Positions 60,092 through 64,000 of a DNA stretch of 64,000 nucleotides are shown here, piece by piece; the stretch's first letter is position 1; every line of letters starts with the position of its first letter. The notes under the pieces were generated by a model. The model had not been told where the DNA came from, did no database searches, and was given only the letters and a program-made list of their open reading frames with translations. This DNA is from an uncultured Chloroflexia bacterium (GTDB lineage: Bacteria > Chloroflexota > Limnocylindria > Limnocylindrales > CSP1-4), in contig CAWEZH010000002.1 in the NCBI GenBank assembly GCA_963813535.1, positions 1,152,001 through 1,216,000 of the forward strand, in the 5' to 3' direction. Position numbers and translations under genes: made by a program.

Positions 60092-60898
60092 TCAGCCCTC
60101 CGGTGACAGCGTCGGCGTGGGGGTCGGTACCGGTGTCGGAGTCGGTGTCGGCGTGGCGATCGGGGTCGGCGTCGGCGTGGCGGCCGGTGCCGGATTCTGT
60201 TCCCGCCAGAGGTACTCGCGCAAGGTGAGACCGCTCAGCTTGATCGCTCGGGCGCGCGACCGACCCACGTAGCGGAAATGCCACGGCTCGTACTGATAGC
60301 ACGTGACGGACGTCTTGCCCTTCGCGTACGGCATCACGAAGCCGTATTTCCAGGCGTTCCTGGACAACCACGCGCCGGCCTTGGTCGTCGCCCAGTCCTT
60401 GTAGTTCCACGGCGCCCCGCCGTTGTACGCACGGAAGTCGAGGGTGGTCCCCAACTGGTGCTCGCTGTGGCCCGGCCGTGCGCTCTCCTTGATGGCGGTG
60501 GCGTAGCCATGCACTCGCACCCAGTAGGCGAAGGTCGACTTCTGGGTGGCGTAACTCCTGAATGCCGATTGGACGGCGAGGCGGGCACCGGCATTGCGCG
60601 CCGCCCACGCGAGCGACTTGAGATCGGCGATGACGTTGCGGCGAACGTAGTGACCGCCGTTCAGCCCGGCTGTCGACGTCGATCGCAGGTCGCCCGGCTT
60701 GTACGTGCTGGCCAGCCGAAAGGTGAGATCGAGCAGCGACCGGCTCCAATGGACGTACGAGCGATTCTTGGTCAGGACGTCGGCGACCCGGCACGACGGC
60801 AACGCAGGGGCGGCCGATGCCGTCGCGGCGACACCAGCCGTCAGCACGAGCACCATGAGCAGGGCGGCCAGACGTGGCCGGCGATCCGGCATCTGCAT
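60092..60898 (-). CDS. M15B D-alanyl-D-alanine carboxypeptidase (VanY-like), secreted, with PT-rich tail
   Basis: SAFRSY..Q, SARPGHSEHQLG..LD, AWKYGF, YEPWHFRYVG. Confidence 0.9.
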   Translation of the reverse strand: MQMPDRRPRLAALLMVLVLTAGVAATASAAPALPSCRVADVLTKNRSYVHWSRSLLDLTFRLASTYKPGDLRSTSTAGLNGGHYVRRNVIADLKSLAWAARNAGARLAVQSAFRSYATQKSTFAYWVRVHGYATAIKESARPGHSEHQLGTTLDFRAYNGGAPWNYKDWATTKAGAWLSRNAWKYGFVMPYAKGKTSVTCYQYEPWHFRYVGRSRARAIKLSGLTLREYLWREQNPAPAATPTPTPIATPTPTPTPVPTPTPTLSPEG

Positions 60899-60951
60899 GC
60901 CGATAGGGTGCCATCCCCACGGGGGGCCGTGCCACTCCCCCGAACGTACCG

Positions 60952-62595
60952 CTAGGTCGGTTCCGGTGTCGCGGTCGGCTCCGGTGTCGCGGTCGGCTCC
61001 GGCGTCGCCGTCGGCTTGGGTGTCGGCTTTGCCGTCGGCTTCGCTGTGGGCTTCGGCGTCGGCTTGGGCGTCTGCCGCGGGCGAGGCGTTGCCGCGCCAC
61101 GACAGCCACCGATCCCGCTCTTCGTCGGCGTCGCCTTGGCGCCCTTGCCGACGCGATACTTCTCCTTCGGGACCGTCCCGGTCGGCGGGAACATCGCGGC
61201 AGAGAGCTGGTTGATGCGCTTGAGGTTCGGCACCTGGATCGAGCCACGCGCATCGAAGTCCGAGGACACGAGCGGCGACGAGACGACCGCCCGGAACGTG
61301 TCCTGCCGGCCGATCTTCGCCATCGCGTCGGCCATGTCCGGCAGGATCTTGCGCGGCACGTTGGTCGTGACCGTCCGGCCAAGGGCTCGCAGCAGCCCGA
61401 CCGGATCGTTGATGAACCCGCCGTGGACCATGCGGTCGCGGATGCCCGAGAGCACCTCCTGCTGTCGCGCGGCGCGCGTGAAGTCGCTCTCGCCAAGAGG
61501 CTTGCGGACACGCGCATAGGCGAGTGCCTGCTGGCCGTTCAGCGTGTGACGTCCCTTCGTGATCGAGAAGCCGCGCGTGAAGCCGTATTCGTCATAGGAG
61601 GGGTCGCAGAAGGCGCGAGCCACATACACGTTGATGCCACCGAGCCTGTCGACGACGTCGACGAAGCCCTGGAGATTCACCGCCGCGTGGTAGCGGATGT
61701 CGAGCCCCAGCAGCTCGCCGAGCGCGCCACGGAGCACGTCGAAGCCGGTCCCGTCGGAACCCGGGAACTGCTTCGGATGGTGCCGGGCATACGACACGAG
61801 GCCGTTGACCTTGCCCCTGAACTTGCGCCCGTCGGCCAACGGGACGTCGACCATGTCGCGCGGGATCGACACCATCGACACGGTCTCTGCGACCGGATCG
61901 AGGGAGGCCACGATCATCGTGTCCGTGAGGTACGTCCTGCGGCCGACCCCGGCGTCGACGCCGACGAGCAGGAGGTTGACTCGCTCGACGGTCGGGCTCG
62001 GAGATGGGGACGCGCTGGCCGATGCGCTCGGCGACACCGGCACGAGGAAACTCGGGTCCGGCTCGGCGCTCGGGAGCGGCCCGGCAAGGGCGGTCGGCGA
62101 CGGCTCCGCGAAGATCTGGTCGGCCGTCTCGCGAGCGACCTCGGTCGCGTAACCCGCGTAGACCTGTGGTGCGATGACGGCGAGCATCAGGATGGCGACG
62201 ATCGGGACGGCTTCCCTCCGCGTGGGTCGCGGCAGACGCGGGTCCCACAGGCTCGAACCGACGGCCAGCAACCGCCAGGTGAGGAACGCGAGTTGCAGGG
62301 CCAGCAGACCCCACAGCACGGCGGGGTCGAACAGCGTGGCGGCGAGCCTCGGCCCGCTCATCGTGGCGACCAGGAGGAGTCCCACGAGCACCAGCCCGAT
62401 CACGGGTAGCGCGAAGATGACCGCACGTCGACGCCGGCCGGCGGCGAGATGCCCGAGGCCCGGGAACAGGGCATCGAGCAGCGCTGGCACGTACCGCCGA
62501 CCGGCACTGCCATCCGGGGCTTGCGGTCCGCTCCCCTGGATCGGGCGGGCCTGATAGCGGGCAGGTCTTACCGGCCCATTCCCCTCATTCGACAC
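60952..62595 (-). CDS. LCP (LytR-CpsA-Psr) family glycopolymer transferase with Pro/Thr/Lys tail
   Basis: NLLLVGVD, TDTMIV, SIPRD, ALAYARVR, SDFTRAARQQ; three N-terminal TMs. Confidence 0.92.
   Translation of the reverse strand: MSNEGNGPVRPARYQARPIQGSGPQAPDGSAGRRYVPALLDALFPGLGHLAAGRRRRAVIFALPVIGLVLVGLLLVATMSGPRLAATLFDPAVLWGLLALQLAFLTWRLLAVGSSLWDPRLPRPTRREAVPIVAILMLAVIAPQVYAGYATEVARETADQIFAEPSPTALAGPLPSAEPDPSFLVPVSPSASASASPSPSPTVERVNLLLVGVDAGVGRRTYLTDTMIVASLDPVAETVSMVSIPRDMVDVPLADGRKFRGKVNGLVSYARHHPKQFPGSDGTGFDVLRGALGELLGLDIRYHAAVNLQGFVDVVDRLGGINVYVARAFCDPSYDEYGFTRGFSITKGRHTLNGQQALAYARVRKPLGESDFTRAARQQEVLSGIRDRMVHGGFINDPVGLLRALGRTVTTNVPRKILPDMADAMAKIGRQDTFRAVVSSPLVSSDFDARGSIQVPNLKRINQLSAAMFPPTGTVPKEKYRVGKGAKATPTKSGIGGCRGAATPRPRQTPKPTPKPTAKPTAKPTPKPTATPEPTATPEPTATPEPT
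60955..61070 (-). repeat. In-frame tandem repeats encoding (KPTP/KPTA)n and (TATPEP)3
   Basis: 18-bp unit ggtcggctccggtgtcgc repeated, plus 12-bp units. Confidence 0.8.
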
Positions 62596-62644
62596 GCGCG
62601 GCAGGGTACCAGAAGGGCCGTACTGGCCTTTTGCGGCCGTCCTG

Positions 62645-62674
62645 TTGAGCCCCTTCTGCGGTCCGGGTTACACT
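62645..62674 (+). promoter_or_regulatory. Housekeeping-sigma promoter for the tRNA: TTGAGC-N18-TACACT
   Basis: Near-consensus -35/-10 about 50 nt upstream of the tRNA. Confidence 0.55.
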
Positions 62675-62722
62675 CGTCCGCGCTTCGCGAGGCGACCAGT
62701 CGACCGCGCGATCACGCACCAC

Positions 62723-62797
62723 TGGCGAGTGGCCAAGCGGTAAGGCGCCTGACTCTGGATCAGGAGATCGAAGGTTCGAATCCTTCCTCGCCAGCCA
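62723..62797 (+). tRNA. tRNA-Gln (anticodon CUG), CCA encoded
   Basis: Acceptor stem TGGCGAG/CTCGCCA, D-arm GGCCAAGCGGTAAGGC, anticodon arm CCTGA-CTCTGGA-TCAGG, T-arm GAAGG-TTCGAAT-CCTTC. Confidence 0.97.
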
Positions 62798-62814
62798 GCT
62801 ACCCCGCGGGTAGC
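62798..62814. terminator. Hairpin immediately after the tRNA
   Basis: gctaccc-cgc-gggtagc. Confidence 0.5.
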
Positions 62815-62845
62815 AGCCAGGGTGGGCGCACGGTGCTTGAGCTTG

Positions 62846-63727
62846 TCAGAAGTGGTCGAGATCCATGATGGCCTCGGCAAACGCCCGGGGCGCTTCCTGC
62901 GGCAGGTTGTGTCCCACGCCACCCGTGATGACGCGATGGACATATGGGCCGGTGAACTTCGCGCGATACGAAGCGGCCTCGGGGTGGGGCGCCCCATTTG
63001 CGTCGCCTTCGAGGGTGATCGTGGGAACGGGGATCACCGGTCCCTTTGCTAGCTGTTCTTCTATGTCGCCGTACTGCAGCTCACCGTCGGCGAGGCCGAT
63101 CCGCCAGCGGTAGTTGTGGATGACGATGTTCACGTGGTCCGGGTTGTCGAAGGCGGCGGCGCTTCGATCGAACGTGTCGTCGTCGAAGTCCCATCGCGGC
63201 GACGCCGTGTGCCAGATCAGCTTCGCGAACTCGTGGCGGTACTGCTCGTAGCCGGCCCGGCCCCGTTCCGTGGCGAAGTAGAACTGGTACCACCAGGCGA
63301 GCTCGGCGCTCGGTGGCAACGGCTTCCTGTTGGCTTCCTGGCTGCCGATCAGGTAGCCGCTGACCGAAACGAGCGCCTTGCAGCGGTCTGGCCATAGGGC
63401 GGCGACGACGCCGGCTGTCCGGGCTCCCCAGTCGAATCCGGCCACAACGGCTCGCTCGATCTCCAGGGCGTCCATCAATGCGATCACGTCGATGGCGAGC
63501 GCCGCCTGCTCTCCGTTGCGGGGCGACTCGTCCGAGATGAAACGCGTCGAGCCGAAGCCACGGAGGTACGGAACGATCGAGCGGTACCCCGCCTGTGCCA
63601 ACAGAGGTGTCACCTCGGCATAGGCGTGGATGTCGTAGGGCCAGCCGTGCAACAGGACGACGGTCGGTCCATCCGGCGGGCCCGCGTCGACGTAGCCGAC
63701 GTTGAGGACGCCAGCGTCGATCTGCAC
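62846..63727 (-). CDS. Alpha/beta hydrolase (epoxide hydrolase-like); 5' end possibly frameshifted near 63725
   Basis: LLHGWPYD, PYLRGFG.T, GFDWGAR, WWYQFYF, GHNLPQEAP. Confidence 0.88.
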   Translation of the reverse strand: MQIDAGVLNVGYVDAGPPDGPTVVLLHGWPYDIHAYAEVTPLLAQAGYRSIVPYLRGFGSTRFISDESPRNGEQAALAIDVIALMDALEIERAVVAGFDWGARTAGVVAALWPDRCKALVSVSGYLIGSQEANRKPLPPSAELAWWYQFYFATERGRAGYEQYRHEFAKLIWHTASPRWDFDDDTFDRSAAAFDNPDHVNIVIHNYRWRIGLADGELQYGDIEEQLAKGPVIPVPTITLEGDANGAPHPEAASYRAKFTGPYVHRVITGGVGHNLPQEAPRAFAEAIMDLDHF

Positions 63728-63773
63728 GGATGTCGGCGAATGGATGGTGCAAGCGTTCCCGCCATCGAGTTCC

Positions 63774-64000
63774 CTACCCGACCGCGCCGATCGGCTGCCG
63801 AGAGGCCACGGTGGCGACCGCCTCGAGGATCACCTCGGCCACGGCCTGCGGCTGGCTGATCATGATCACGTGCGAGCCGTCGAGCTCCGTGATCGACGCA
63901 CCGGCGCGTTCGGCCATCGAGCGGGTCAGGTCGGTGCCGGCCGCCTTGTCGCCGGTGGCAACGACCGCCCAGGACGGCAGGTCCTTCCAAGCCGGCGTGC
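63774..64000 (-). CDS. Alpha/beta hydrolase, C-terminal part (runs off the window end)
   Basis: Manual translation: PAWKDLPSWAVVATGDKA...MAERAGA...GSHVIMISQPQAVA, ending at TAG 63774-63776. Confidence 0.8.
   Translation of the reverse strand, partial: TPAWKDLPSWAVVATGDKAAGTDLTRSMAERAGASITELDGSHVIMISQPQAVAEVILEAVATVASRQPIGAVG

Noticed and set aside
60092-60898. VanY-like gene as a glycopeptide-resistance cluster
   Set aside because: No vanHAX or vanRS nearby; it sits beside an LCP gene, so housekeeping cell-wall function is more likely

Overview
GC-rich bacterial chromosomal segment of about 57 genes. Gene content (ECF sigma with a PD40 partner, cyclase-STAND protein, sortase, LCP, LLM oxidoreductase) suggests a monoderm Chloroflexota/Actinobacteria-type organism; Limnocylindria-like Chloroflexota is my best guess and is inference only. 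Main blocks in order: (1) an 8-gene ABC/MoxR/DUF58/BatA-vWA operon (709-14430); (2) secreted proteins and a sortase; (3) a branched-chain 2-oxoacid dehydrogenase region (lpd, E1a, E1b ... E2, lipA) split by an ~8 kb signalling block, which pairs an Npt/MFS-HEAT-cNMP-binding membrane protein with a class III cyclase-STAND-TPR protein and also holds an ECF sigma/anti-sigma pair; (4) lipid, repair and metabolic genes (plsY, glpD, nnrE, mutY); (5) an aldehyde dehydrogenase/Mak-like kinase/SIS operon; (6) a TPP-riboswitch-controlled YkoEDC ECF transporter; (7) cell-wall genes (VanY-type, LCP) and tRNA-Gln(CUG). No integrase, transposase or CRISPR array was seen. About six single-base insertions break otherwise intact genes and are most likely sequencing errors. 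Best leads: the cyclase plus cNMP-binding transporter pair, the MoxR/vWA/ABC machine, an SD-sequestering 5'UTR ahead of a zinc-ribbon gene, pervasive leaderless promoters, and an in-frame uORF ahead of lpd. All domain calls come from reading motifs by eye; no searches were run.
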